Of a DNA stretch of 64,000 nucleotides, positions 1 to 9,253 are shown one piece after another. The number at the start of each line of letters is the position of its first letter. The stretch's first letter is position 1. The notes under the pieces are model-generated. The model did not search any database, had not been told where the DNA came from, and saw only the letters and a program-made list of their open reading frames with translations. The DNA is taken from the NCBI GenBank assembly GCA_046331265.1, contig JAXLRE010000009.1, forward strand, positions 8,349 through 72,348, written 5' to 3'. The stretch comes from Acidimicrobiia bacterium (lineage in GTDB: Bacteria > Actinomycetota > Acidimicrobiia > IMCC26256 > JAGPDB01). A program made the position numbers and the translations under genes.

Positions 1-777
1 GTATCCATTGTTGTTCCTACACCCCTACATTTTGAATTTGCAAAAAATGTTATTTCGCGGGGCATCCATTTAATGTTGGAAAAACCTATTGCTAGCACTG
101 TCGAAGAGAGTGATGAATTGATCAGCGCGGCTAAAGAAGCCAATATTATATTTTCTATTGGACATGTTGAGCATTACAATCCAATGATCCAGAAACTAAA
201 AAAACTAGTCGATGACAAGGAAGTTGGAGAGATAAGCTCAATTGTTATTAAGAGGGTTGGTGGTTTTCCAGGTGTTGAACCTAAAACGAATGTTATAGTT
301 GATTTGGCTGTTCATGATATCGAAATTATTAATTATTTACTAGGACAAAAACCATTAGAGATCTCTAGTCATGGTTCAAAAACAATACATTCAACAGAAG
401 TGGATTCAGCAGAAATTCTTATGAAATATAAAGGCGCTTCTGGTTTTATCCAAGCAAATTGGATTACCCCTGTAAAAATACGTACTATAGCTGTTACTGG
501 ATCAGAAGGTTACATAGAAGGTAACTACATTTCTCAAGAAATTACTTACTATAAACATGCTATAAAGCCCATTAATGATTCGTTTAAGAATTTTGTTAAT
601 GCTTTAGCAGATAATGATAGATATACAATTTCATCAACTCTCAAAGAACCTTTAAAAATTGAGTTGTACACCTTTATCCAGGCAATTTATGAAAATGATA
701 CGAGTGATGATAACGGACTAGTTAAGGCAACTGATGCAAGAGACGCATTGAAAATAGCGCTTGAAGCATTGCAATAA
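1..777 (+). CDS. Gfo/Idh/MocA-family NAD(P)-dependent oxidoreductase (5' end outside window)
   Basis: Frame 1 is open from base 1. Residues upstream of the listed ORF (VSIVVPTPLHFEFAKNVISRGIHLMLEKPIA) contain the family EKP motif. It heads a same-strand sugar-modification operon. Confidence 0.8.
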   Translation, partial: VSIVVPTPLHFEFAKNVISRGIHLMLEKPIASTVEESDELISAAKEANIIFSIGHVEHYNPMIQKLKKLVDDKEVGEISSIVIKRVGGFPGVEPKTNVIVDLAVHDIEIINYLLGQKPLEISSHGSKTIHSTEVDSAEILMKYKGASGFIQANWITPVKIRTIAVTGSEGYIEGNYISQEITYYKHAIKPINDSFKNFVNALADNDRYTISSTLKEPLKIELYTFIQAIYENDTSDDNGLVKATDARDALKIALEALQ

Positions 778-804
778 AATTATGAAAATGAAAGTTGGAA
801 GTAT

Positions 805-1887
805 ATGAAAAGAATATTGGTAACTGGTGCAGGCGGGTCTCCATCAGCTAATTTCATAAGATCTTTACGTCAGTCTGATGATGAGTATTATATTGTCGGT
901 ACTGATGCTGATAAGTATTATTTGCAGCGCGCAGAAGTTGATTCTAAATACTTAGCTCCACTTGCTAACGATCCTCTTTATTTAAAGTTTCTTAACTATA
1001 TTATCGAGAAAGAAAATATTGAATTTATACACGCTCAGAACGATGCAGAAGTTCTATTTATTAGTGAAAATCGCGATCAAATAAATGCCAACACATTTTT
1101 GCCTGCAAAAGAAACAGTTGTTTTGCTTCAAGATAAATTTAAATCATTTGAAAAATGGGAAGCTGCAGGAATAAAAGTTCCAAAAACAGTATTGATAGAT
1201 AAAGATACAAATCTTGACGAGCTTCTATCGAATATGGGTGGCAGCATGTGGATTAGAGCTATAAGTGGTGCTGGTGGTCGAGGTTCATTACCCGTTTACG
1301 ATGTAAAAACTGCTATCAATTGGTTGGATTTCAATGAACTAAATGGGTCATGGGATGGTAACTTTACTGCTTCTGAGCTACTGGAGCCTGAAACCGTAAC
1401 TTGGATGTCGATTTGGAAAAATGGCGAATTAGTTGTTGCTCAGGGAAGAAAAAGACTTTATTGGGAACTCAGCAAAGTCTCGCCTTCAGGCGTAACAGGA
1501 GCAACAGGTACAGGACTGACATATTCAGACCCGGAATTAGATCGAATCGCTGAAGCAGCTGTGCGAGCAGTAGATGATAATCCAAATGGGCTATTTGGTG
1601 TTGACATGGCATATGACAAGAATGGTATTCCTAATCCAACTGAAATAAATATTGGTAGATTTTTTACAACTCATCAGTTTTTTACGGATGCAGGATTGAA
1701 CATGCCTGAAATATTTGTAAATCTAGCATATGGGGTAGAACTTCCGATACTGTCAAAAATACGGAATCCTATTGAAAATGGTAAGGTTTGGATACGTGGA
1801 ATTGATTTCGAACCAGTTCTATCTACAATTGACATTGTTGAAGGTGAAGTCGCTAAACGCGATGAAATATTGAAAAAATTAAAATGA
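805..1887 (+). CDS. ATP-grasp domain protein (carboxylate-amine ligase type)
   Basis: 360 aa. The N-terminal Rossmann-like pre-ATP-grasp segment reads ILVTGAGGSP. The central and C-terminal layout (IKVPKT ... GVDMAYDKNGIPNPTEIN) is typical of ATP-grasp ligases. Its stop overlaps the next start (ATGA at 1884-1887). Confidence 0.65.
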   Translation: MKRILVTGAGGSPSANFIRSLRQSDDEYYIVGTDADKYYLQRAEVDSKYLAPLANDPLYLKFLNYIIEKENIEFIHAQNDAEVLFISENRDQINANTFLPAKETVVLLQDKFKSFEKWEAAGIKVPKTVLIDKDTNLDELLSNMGGSMWIRAISGAGGRGSLPVYDVKTAINWLDFNELNGSWDGNFTASELLEPETVTWMSIWKNGELVVAQGRKRLYWELSKVSPSGVTGATGTGLTYSDPELDRIAEAAVRAVDDNPNGLFGVDMAYDKNGIPNPTEINIGRFFTTHQFFTDAGLNMPEIFVNLAYGVELPILSKIRNPIENGKVWIRGIDFEPVLSTIDIVEGEVAKRDEILKKLK

Positions 1888-2780
1888 AAATATTAATAAC
1901 TGGAGCATCAGGTTATTTAGGGAAAAGGTTATTAGAAGCACTTCAACATGAAAAAGATCTTAAAATTTTTGTTATAGGAAATAATATTCCAGAGGTCAAC
2001 ACTGAATTTACTTTCATTCGAGCTAATCTCTGCGATGTAGTTTCATTAAATAACGCTGCAAAAACTATTGGTGAACTAGATACTATTATTCATTTAGCTG
2101 CAAAAGTTCCTAAGACAGGACAAGAAGACATGATGTCAGAAATGGTTGCTGTAAACATAGTTGGCACTATTAACTTGTTATCTAGTTTCAAAGACCGATT
2201 TAAGAAACTTGTTTTTGGTAGCACTGCTGAGATTTATGGCTTACCAGAAGCCATCGACTTCATTGATGAAAGACAAATGCCTCAACCAAAAAGTTACTAT
2301 GGGATTACAAAATATGCGAGCGAAATTTTAGCAAAAGAGTTCTGCTCAAGAAATAATATAAGCTTTGTATCTCTTAGATTTAGTGTAATGTATGGGTCTC
2401 CTGATTTAATTAAACGTGCCATTCCTAATTTTATTAACCAAGCGATAAATAATGCCACAATACATGTTTATGGAGGAGAAGAACTAAGGGATTACTTACA
2501 CATAGATGATGCTGTAAATTCAATTCTTATTTCTACAAGAGGTGAAACCCAAGGTACTTATAACATTGGAACTGGCGTAGGAATCAGCATACTTGACACA
2601 GCAAGAAAAATTGTTGACATTACAAATTCAAATAGTGAAATCGAGGTACTTCCACGACAGAAACCTTCCTCAGATATTATTTTAAATTGTGATGCTGCCA
2701 AATCTTTACTTGGTTTTAAGGCAAATTATATTTTTCCGGCAGGAATAGAGGGACAGATTAAATGGCAAATAAGCCAATAA
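1884..2780 (+). CDS. NAD-dependent epimerase/dehydratase (extended SDR)
   Basis: Glycine-rich NAD motif ILITGASGYLG and catalytic YxxxK motif (YGITKYASE). 298 aa is typical of sugar-nucleotide epimerases and reductases. Confidence 0.85.
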   Translation: MKILITGASGYLGKRLLEALQHEKDLKIFVIGNNIPEVNTEFTFIRANLCDVVSLNNAAKTIGELDTIIHLAAKVPKTGQEDMMSEMVAVNIVGTINLLSSFKDRFKKLVFGSTAEIYGLPEAIDFIDERQMPQPKSYYGITKYASEILAKEFCSRNNISFVSLRFSVMYGSPDLIKRAIPNFINQAINNATIHVYGGEELRDYLHIDDAVNSILISTRGETQGTYNIGTGVGISILDTARKIVDITNSNSEIEVLPRQKPSSDIILNCDAAKSLLGFKANYIFPAGIEGQIKWQISQ

Positions 2781-3439
2781 CTATCTTTGATTTGGATGGA
2801 ACATTAATTGATATTTCTAGTCGTCATTATTTTGTGTATTCCAATGCAATAGAAAATCTTGGTGGAAGACCATTATCTATACAACAATATTGGGATCATA
2901 AAAGAGCAAACTCATCATGGGAATTTATTCTCGAAAAAAGCAATCTAAGTAATGATAAAAAAAATAAGTTTTTAGATCTATTTATTGCAGAAATCGAGAA
3001 ACCTGAAAATCTGAAAATAGACAATCTGCTACCTAATGTTAAGGATGTTTTACAAATATTTATTGCAAAAACTGATTGTTATTTAATCAGTTTAAGAAGA
3101 AATCATGAAAATTTAATAGAACAATTAAAGTATCTAGGTATAAACGATTATTTTAAAGATATTAAAAGTGGTCATACCGAGGGTAAAGGATATAAAGTTA
3201 AATCAAATATAATAAACGAGCTTCCTGTAACCGACTACAAGGTTCTTGTAATCGGTGATACAGAATCAGATATCCTTGCAGCTCATGCAGTAAATGCAAA
3301 TTCAGTTGCTGTATCTACTGGCATAAGAAACATAGAATTGCTGAAAAAGCTAAACCCAGACGAAATTATCAAAGATATTTCTAATTTATTAGAACTTAAA
3401 ATTGTTCAGTATCACATAAACCAGGGTACTGATGTTTAG
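2762..3439 (+). CDS. HAD-superfamily hydrolase/phosphatase
   Basis: HAD motif I IFDLDGTLID and motif IV-like VIGDTESD. Overlaps the upstream gene by 19 nt. Confidence 0.8.
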   Translation: MANKPITIFDLDGTLIDISSRHYFVYSNAIENLGGRPLSIQQYWDHKRANSSWEFILEKSNLSNDKKNKFLDLFIAEIEKPENLKIDNLLPNVKDVLQIFIAKTDCYLISLRRNHENLIEQLKYLGINDYFKDIKSGHTEGKGYKVKSNIINELPVTDYKVLVIGDTESDILAAHAVNANSVAVSTGIRNIELLKKLNPDEIIKDISNLLELKIVQYHINQGTDV

Positions 3440-3469
3440 CATCGTTAACGTGTCATATGGTAAAATTTA

Positions 3470-4570
3470 ATGTTTACTATGATTCCTATTTCAACTTATA
3501 AAACTACGCCTGAAACAGAAGATCTTGTTTTACAAGTACTAAGAAGTGGGCAGCTTGCCCAGGGTCCAATGGTCCGAGAGTTAGAAGACCTATCTGTCGA
3601 AATGTCTGGGGCTGAACATGCTGTTGCGTTTTCAAATGGCACAGTAACTCTGATTGCTGCTCTAGTTGCGCATGGTATAGGTCCTGGAGATGAGGTTATC
3701 ACTTCACCCTTTACTTTTGTAGCCACACTAAATGCAATTTTGTATACCGGGGCAACAGCAGTATTTACCGATATAGACCCACAAACATATTGTATAGATC
3801 CTGCTGGGGTAGAAGCAGCAATAACAAAGAATACAAAAGCGATCATGCCTGTTCATATATTTGGTCAAAGTGCTGATATGACTTCGATATGCAAAATCGC
3901 AAATAAACATTCGTTGGCGATTATCGAAGATGCGGCACAAGCACACGGAGCGCTATGGAATGGTCAAGGTGTTGGATCATTTGGAACTGGTTCTTTTAGT
4001 TTTTATACGACAAAGAATGTAGGCAGCGGTGAAGGTGGGATGGTCACTACTAACAACTCAGATATTGCACATACTTTACGATTGCTTCGTAATCAAGGAA
4101 TGGAAGAACGCTATAAGTACGAAAGAGTCGGATGGAATTTTCGCCTTACTGATCTCCAGGCAGCTGTTGCAATTCCACAAATGAAAAGTCTTGATGAGTC
4201 TAATAAAAGACGTAATCTCACAGCGCAAATGTATAATGAAGCATTTGCTTCCTGTGATGACCTTATAATTCCATTTGTTAGGGAGGAAGCATATTCTGTA
4301 TGGCATCAATACAGTCTCCGTGTCAAAGATCCATCAAAACGTGAGTTAATTATGGAGTCACTTACTGATGCAGGAATAGGAAATGGCGTATATTATCCAC
4401 GTCCAGTATTTGAATACGACCCATATATGAATAACGAAAAGGTTAAAATTAGCTCTTGCGATGTAACACGCAAGGTTTGTGAATCAGTTTTTTCAATACC
4501 TATACATCATTATTTAAACGAAAATGATGTCGATCTGATAATTAAATCAGTTACTGAAATAACGTCCTAA
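3470..4570 (+). CDS. DegT/DnrJ/EryC1/StrS-family PLP-dependent sugar aminotransferase
   Basis: Typical family length and sequence (GDEVITSPFTFVAT, IEDAAQAHGA, FSFYTTKNV with the PLP lysine). Confidence 0.9.
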   Translation: MFTMIPISTYKTTPETEDLVLQVLRSGQLAQGPMVRELEDLSVEMSGAEHAVAFSNGTVTLIAALVAHGIGPGDEVITSPFTFVATLNAILYTGATAVFTDIDPQTYCIDPAGVEAAITKNTKAIMPVHIFGQSADMTSICKIANKHSLAIIEDAAQAHGALWNGQGVGSFGTGSFSFYTTKNVGSGEGGMVTTNNSDIAHTLRLLRNQGMEERYKYERVGWNFRLTDLQAAVAIPQMKSLDESNKRRNLTAQMYNEAFASCDDLIIPFVREEAYSVWHQYSLRVKDPSKRELIMESLTDAGIGNGVYYPRPVFEYDPYMNNEKVKISSCDVTRKVCESVFSIPIHHYLNENDVDLIIKSVTEITS

Positions 4571-4578
4571 TTTTATAT

Positions 4579-6021
4579 TTAAATCACATAGTACCTTAAA
4601 AATAACGTTGATAAACTTGCGATAAGTATCAACTCGGACACTAATACCAATCTACGCTGAGTCATAATACTGTTTTTTCCTTCATATTTTGTCCCAACAA
4701 AAAAAAGTATAAGTGTTATTAGTATTGGCAGAAAATATCTACCCTGTACACCATAATAAGTAGCAAATTTTGGAGGAGTGTAATACACGTAAAGTGCAAG
4801 ATTTACAGCCATAAAGTATGAAGCACAAATCGAGAATACCAATAATTTTTCCCAGCGCTTAAGCTTAATATTTTCCTTTTGCTCAATAGTGTTTTTGATA
4901 ATGGGATCTTGACGAGTAATTGCAATCAATGTTATGAATGATGAAATAATTACTATCCATATTGGCAGGGGTGTGTCCATAGATCCGAATACGCCAAATA
5001 TGCTATGTATGATCCAGTCACTTGTTGTAGAAAAGTATGTATTAAATGTAACTCTAGCAACAGCAATCGGTGATCCTTTAAGAAAATTAATTTGTGCTGT
5101 TGGGTTAGCGTCACCTCCAACAAGTATTTTTGATCCTAATTCAGATCTCATTAGCTGTGCCCATCCCATTGAAAATGGAATTGATAATACTGTGACGAGT
5201 GCCTGTACAAAGCGTGTAATCGCGACTTTTTTATATGGGCGTACTAAAAAAATTAATGGGGAGAAAAAAAACATGAGCCGTTTACTTATTGACATAATCG
5301 CGATGATAATAATTAAGCGAATCCAATCGTTTCTTGAGACAGGATCTTCTTTTACTCGCAAGTGGATAATTTCGGCAACAAAAAGAGAAAGCAAAGCAAA
5401 GGTTAAGCTATCTGCTGTTACCATACCCGCTTGAAATAAAAGCATGGGTATAAAATTTGCGATAACTAATGCCCATTTTTGACCAGGGATAATTTTAATA
5501 GCATAATAAGTAATTATTGCCCAGGCTAATAAACCACCTATTCGAGCGAGATAAAAAATACTTAGTGGACCAAATCCAATTAGTGTTCCGATTTTAATAA
5601 ATACAGCACTAGGAAGATATGCGATTGGAGGGTTGGTCGCAGTTGATCCAAAGTCAACAAAAATACTTTTGTGGCTTAGGTCTAGATCATTGCCTTTTTC
5701 TAATGCGCTTAATGGCATAGTTTTATCTGGCTGGAAAGCAATCCCTGGATCATCGTGAGTTAACTTTACGAGTTTTGCATATGCGGTATCAACATTTCCG
5801 CCAGCAACATTACCTTTTTTATTTACTGACATGTCAAAGTTAGAAATCTGTACAGATCTGAAAAAATGAACTGTTTCGTCAGGTCCCTGAAATGGGGGTG
5901 TTAAAAATACAATTAGTATTCCAAAAAGTAAACTTGTGCATAAAAAAACTTTATGTGGTTTTGTTAAATAATCCCTTTTTAAAAATTTAAGTAATTTTGA
6001 TAGTATCGAGACAATCCACAT
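4579..6021 (-). CDS. Polytopic membrane protein, DUF2142-like (putative GT-C-type glycosyltransferase)
   Basis: 480 aa with more than 10 hydrophobic helices. The first loop carries PPFQGPDETVHFFRS, resembling the DUF2142 GPDE..H signature as I recall it. Convergent with the aminotransferase gene. Confidence 0.6.
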   Translation of the reverse strand: MWIVSILSKLLKFLKRDYLTKPHKVFLCTSLLFGILIVFLTPPFQGPDETVHFFRSVQISNFDMSVNKKGNVAGGNVDTAYAKLVKLTHDDPGIAFQPDKTMPLSALEKGNDLDLSHKSIFVDFGSTATNPPIAYLPSAVFIKIGTLIGFGPLSIFYLARIGGLLAWAIITYYAIKIIPGQKWALVIANFIPMLLFQAGMVTADSLTFALLSLFVAEIIHLRVKEDPVSRNDWIRLIIIIAIMSISKRLMFFFSPLIFLVRPYKKVAITRFVQALVTVLSIPFSMGWAQLMRSELGSKILVGGDANPTAQINFLKGSPIAVARVTFNTYFSTTSDWIIHSIFGVFGSMDTPLPIWIVIISSFITLIAITRQDPIIKNTIEQKENIKLKRWEKLLVFSICASYFMAVNLALYVYYTPPKFATYYGVQGRYFLPILITLILFFVGTKYEGKNSIMTQRRLVLVSELILIASLSTLFLRYYVI

Positions 6022-6181
6022 AGTCTAATGAGACTAGCATCATCGACAAATATATTTCATGTATAGATGCTCTATGCTTGTAATGATACCGTTTGCACGG
6101 TATGTCAATATATTTAAATTAAATTGCTATATAGTTTCCTACGAGTTAAATAAAACTTGTGATCTGAAATAAAATCTATTT

Positions 6182-7582
6182 ATGACTGAATCCAATAACT
6201 TTGAAATTGTAGTTTTAGGCGGAGGGCCTGGCGGGTACGCGGCAGCTTTATACGGTGCAGCTGCTGGTCTTAACATTGCACTTGTTGAAGAAAACCGAGT
6301 TGGTGGTACTTGTTTACATAGAGGATGTATACCAGCAAAAGCTCTATTGCAGAGTGCTGAAGTTTCACGAACCATCAAACACGCAAGTGATTTTGGTGTA
6401 AGTTCTTCAGAGCCTGTAGTCGACTTTTCTATTATTCAAAACCGAAAAAATGCTGTTATAAACCAAATGTGTGGTGGATTAGAAGGCTTATTAAAGCGTC
6501 GTAAAGTAACAGTCTTTAATTCAACTGGTGTTCTTTCGAGCTCATCCGATAAATCTGTGACTTTATCTGATGGAGCAGTTATTAAAGCAACTAAAGCTTT
6601 AATACTTGCAACTGGTTCATCGCCTCGAGAGTTCCCAAATACTCAATATGATGGTGAAGTTATTCTTTCATCAGATCACGTATTAAATCTTGATTATGCA
6701 CCTGCTTCAGTAGTAATAATTGGTGGTGGAGCGATCGGTTGTGAATTCGCTAGCTATCTTAATGAGATGGGTTCTTCAATAACTCTTCTTGAAGTTGCTC
6801 CTAGCCTTCTAGCAGGATGTGATAAAGACGCAGCAGCTGTTGTGCAAAAATCATTTATCAAACGTGGAATGTCAGTTCTAACAGGTGTCAATGTAAATTC
6901 GATTGAACGAAAAGGCGCTAAAGGAATAGTTACATATACTGATGACAAAGGCGCGACTCAAAAAGTTGAGTCTGACGCTGTAATAGTAAGTGTTGGCCGT
7001 AAACCAAGAAGCGAAAATATTGGGTTAAATGAAAATGGCATTGCTATTGATGAGCGGGGTTTTGTAGCTGTTGATGCAAATATGAGAACGAACATAGACG
7101 GTATTTACGCTGTCGGCGATCTCGTTGCAACACCTCAGCTTGCACATGTTGGATTTGGCGAAGCCATGGTTGCAATACAAACAATCCTCGGTGAAAATCC
7201 TGCAGGAATCGAATATGGGAAAGTTCCTTGGGGGATATATTGCCACCCTGAAGTTTCATTCTGCGGTATGACTGAAGAAAAAGCTCGGGAAGCGGGATAT
7301 GACATTGTTGTTAAAAAAGAAGGTTTCATCGGAGATGGGCGAGCTGTGATTATCGGTGAAGCAGATGGTTTCGTAAAAATAATTGCAGAAAAAGATGGTC
7401 CAATCTTAGGTGTCCATATTGTTGGGCCTTGGGCTACAGAGCTCTTAGCTGAAGGCTATTTAGCTTTGAACTGGGAAGCAACAATTGATGATATAGCTCC
7501 GCTTGTACATCCGCACCCAACATTAAGTGAAGTATTTGGAGAAGCCGCAATAGCATTAACTGGTCGTCCTATACACGGCTAA
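6182..7582 (+). CDS. lpdA: Dihydrolipoyl dehydrogenase (E3)
   Basis: FAD motif GGGPGGYAAA, redox disulfide CLHRGCIPAK and C-terminal HPHPTLSE interface motif. TAAAAT at 6170-6175 lies 6 nt upstream of the ATG. Confidence 0.95.
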   Translation: MTESNNFEIVVLGGGPGGYAAALYGAAAGLNIALVEENRVGGTCLHRGCIPAKALLQSAEVSRTIKHASDFGVSSSEPVVDFSIIQNRKNAVINQMCGGLEGLLKRRKVTVFNSTGVLSSSSDKSVTLSDGAVIKATKALILATGSSPREFPNTQYDGEVILSSDHVLNLDYAPASVVIIGGGAIGCEFASYLNEMGSSITLLEVAPSLLAGCDKDAAAVVQKSFIKRGMSVLTGVNVNSIERKGAKGIVTYTDDKGATQKVESDAVIVSVGRKPRSENIGLNENGIAIDERGFVAVDANMRTNIDGIYAVGDLVATPQLAHVGFGEAMVAIQTILGENPAGIEYGKVPWGIYCHPEVSFCGMTEEKAREAGYDIVVKKEGFIGDGRAVIIGEADGFVKIIAEKDGPILGVHIVGPWATELLAEGYLALNWEATIDDIAPLVHPHPTLSEVFGEAAIALTGRPIHG

Positions 7583-7668
7583 GATAGCTCACTTTTGCAA
7601 CTGCCGAGAGAGAAAAATTACGCAACAGCGAATAGAATAGCTTTGATTTTTAAACCAAGGAGTTATTA

Positions 7669-9081
7669 GTGGACGTTACAATGCCACAATTAGGCGAGAC
7701 AGTTACTGAAGGTACTATTACAAAGTGGATAAAAAAAGTTGGCGATAGCGTATCTGCTGACGAAACTTTATTCGAAGTGTCTACTGACAAAGTCGACTCT
7801 GAAGTTCCTTCTCCTGCAGCTGGAGTTTTATCTGAAATTCTTGTTAATGAAGGTGACACAGCGGCAGTAGGAGCGAAGCTTGCAGTTATTTCTGATTCAG
7901 GTGCTGCGCCGATAAGTAAAGATTCAGCTGATGCAGTTGAAGATGTTTCGAAGCTTGCATCTGCAGCGCAGGCTGAGACTGCAGGCTCAGCCGGTGCCGA
8001 AGGCCGCGAAGCAGCAAGCGGAGAAACCAATTCAAATGCAGCTCCTGAATCATCAGCTGCTGATACAACTGACGTACAGGCAGCAAGTGCTGGAACAAAT
8101 ACTGCTGGTAAGTTGCTTAGCCCGATCGTTCGCAAATTAATAAATGAAAACGGACTTGATGCAAATACAATCACAGGCACAGGACTTGGTGGACGTATAA
8201 CTCGCGACGATGTAAACGCAGCAATATCTAGTAGAGGAGCTGGAATTGATGTTTCGAAGCTTGCATCTGTAGCGCAGGCTGAGACTACAGGCTCAGCCGG
8301 TGCCGAAGGCCGCGAAGTGGCAAGCGGAGAAACATCAACTGCAGCTCGCCCTGCACCTTCAGCAATCCCTTCATCTGGAGATAGCGTTATTCCATTCGAT
8401 AACATGCGTCGAAGAACGGCAGAGCATATGGTTATGAGCCGACACACAAGTCCTCATGCCTACATTTCTGTCGAAGTTGATTTCGAAAATATCGAAAGAG
8501 TTAGAAGAAACTTTGGCCCAGCATTTAAAGAACGTGAAGGTTTTTCTCTTACGTATCTTCCGTTTATCGTTCGAGCATTAAGTGAAGTCCTTCCAGAATT
8601 TCCAAACGTTAATGCTTCTGTAGATGGAGACAACTTAATTGTTCATCACGATTTCCACGTTGGTATCGCAGTTGACTTGGACCATAAAGGTTTACTCGTA
8701 CCTGCAGTTCGTAATGCAGACGGAAAACGTTTGAAGTTAATTGCTCAAGAAATTAGAGATCTTGCAGTTAGAGCGCGTTCGAAAAAATTACAACCAGAAG
8801 AAATAATTGGTTCAACATTTACTATTACTAATCCTGGACCGTATGGCTCATATCAAACATTTCCTATTATCAATCAACCACAAGTTGCTATTTTGGCAAC
8901 AGATGGTGTGAGCAAGAAACCAGTAGTAGTTCAAGACGAATACGGTCAAGATGTCATAGCGGTTCACCACATGGGAATGCTTACACTTGGTTGGGACCAT
9001 ATATCTGACGGCGGTTACACTTACCATTTAGCACATTCAGCAGAAGTACTAGAAACCAGATTAGAGTTCGAAATCGTATAA
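7669..9081 (+). CDS. sucB: Dihydrolipoamide acyltransferase (E2) of a 2-oxoacid dehydrogenase complex (DlaT/SucB type)
   Basis: Lipoyl domain (MPQLGETVTEGTITKW ... EVSTDKVDSEVPS), E3-binding domain (LSPIVRKLINENGLDANTITGTGLGGRITRDDV) and C-terminal acyltransferase domain. AAGGAG Shine-Dalgarno sequence 6 nt before the GTG start. Confidence 0.9.
   Translation: MDVTMPQLGETVTEGTITKWIKKVGDSVSADETLFEVSTDKVDSEVPSPAAGVLSEILVNEGDTAAVGAKLAVISDSGAAPISKDSADAVEDVSKLASAAQAETAGSAGAEGREAASGETNSNAAPESSAADTTDVQAASAGTNTAGKLLSPIVRKLINENGLDANTITGTGLGGRITRDDVNAAISSRGAGIDVSKLASVAQAETTGSAGAEGREVASGETSTAARPAPSAIPSSGDSVIPFDNMRRRTAEHMVMSRHTSPHAYISVEVDFENIERVRRNFGPAFKEREGFSLTYLPFIVRALSEVLPEFPNVNASVDGDNLIVHHDFHVGIAVDLDHKGLLVPAVRNADGKRLKLIAQEIRDLAVRARSKKLQPEEIIGSTFTITNPGPYGSYQTFPIINQPQVAILATDGVSKKPVVVQDEYGQDVIAVHHMGMLTLGWDHISDGGYTYHLAHSAEVLETRLEFEIV
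7942..8027 (+). repeat. 86-nt direct repeat copy 1 (Ala/Gly-rich E2 linker, in frame)
   Basis: Identical at 82 of 86 positions to 8248-8333. Encodes DVSKLASAAQAETAGSAGAEGREAASGET. Confidence 0.9.
8248..8333 (+). repeat. 86-nt direct repeat copy 2 (Ala/Gly-rich E2 linker, in frame)
   Basis: Encodes DVSKLASVAQAETTGSAGAEGREVASGET. The two copies flank the E3-binding domain. Confidence 0.9.
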
Positions 9082-9253
9082 TGATTTGCTTTTGTGAAAG
9101 ACAAGATTTATATGTTCGAAATCCATCAAGAAATGAAGAAGTTATTACAGAAAGCCTTCAAAAAGCGAAGATACTGCTTCATTGTCTTTAGAATATGATC
9201 CTGTCGCTATGGATTCAGGCATGAAAGATAAAACATTTACAATTGCTCGTTAG
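9081..9253 (+). pseudogene. lipB: Disrupted 5' third of lipB (octanoyltransferase N-terminus split over two reading frames)
   Basis: The ATG at 9081 overlaps the sucB stop (TAATG). That frame reads MICFCERQDLYVRNPSRNEEVITESLQKAKILLHCL and then hits TAG at 9189-9191. A second frame (9137-9253) reads ..SEDTASLSLEYDPVAMDSGMKDKTFTIAR*, resembling the LipB DxLLLLEHPPVYTxG segment. The first frame reopens after TGA at 9222-9224. The shift points coincide with A-runs at 9160-9164 and 9230-9233. Confidence 0.5.

Noticed and set aside
7942-8333. Whether the 86-nt repeats are a CRISPR-like or satellite array.
   Set aside because: There are only two copies, 306 nt apart. Both are in frame inside a coding sequence and encode the E2 linkers.
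7650-8447. 265-aa minus-strand ORF antisense to sucB.
   Set aside because: It lies entirely within the well-supported E2 gene. It exists only because the Ala/Gly-rich, GC-rich linker repeats are free of stop codons on the opposite strand. Its translation is low-complexity Ala/Ser/Pro.
8980-9081. Possibility that the odd E2 C-terminus (DHISDGG…) results from a frameshift, like the one in lipB.
   Set aside because: The alternative frames across 8990-9080 run into stop codons almost immediately (for example …CCA TAT ATC TGA), and the existing frame still aligns, with two single-residue gaps, to the canonical tail ending in …LETR.
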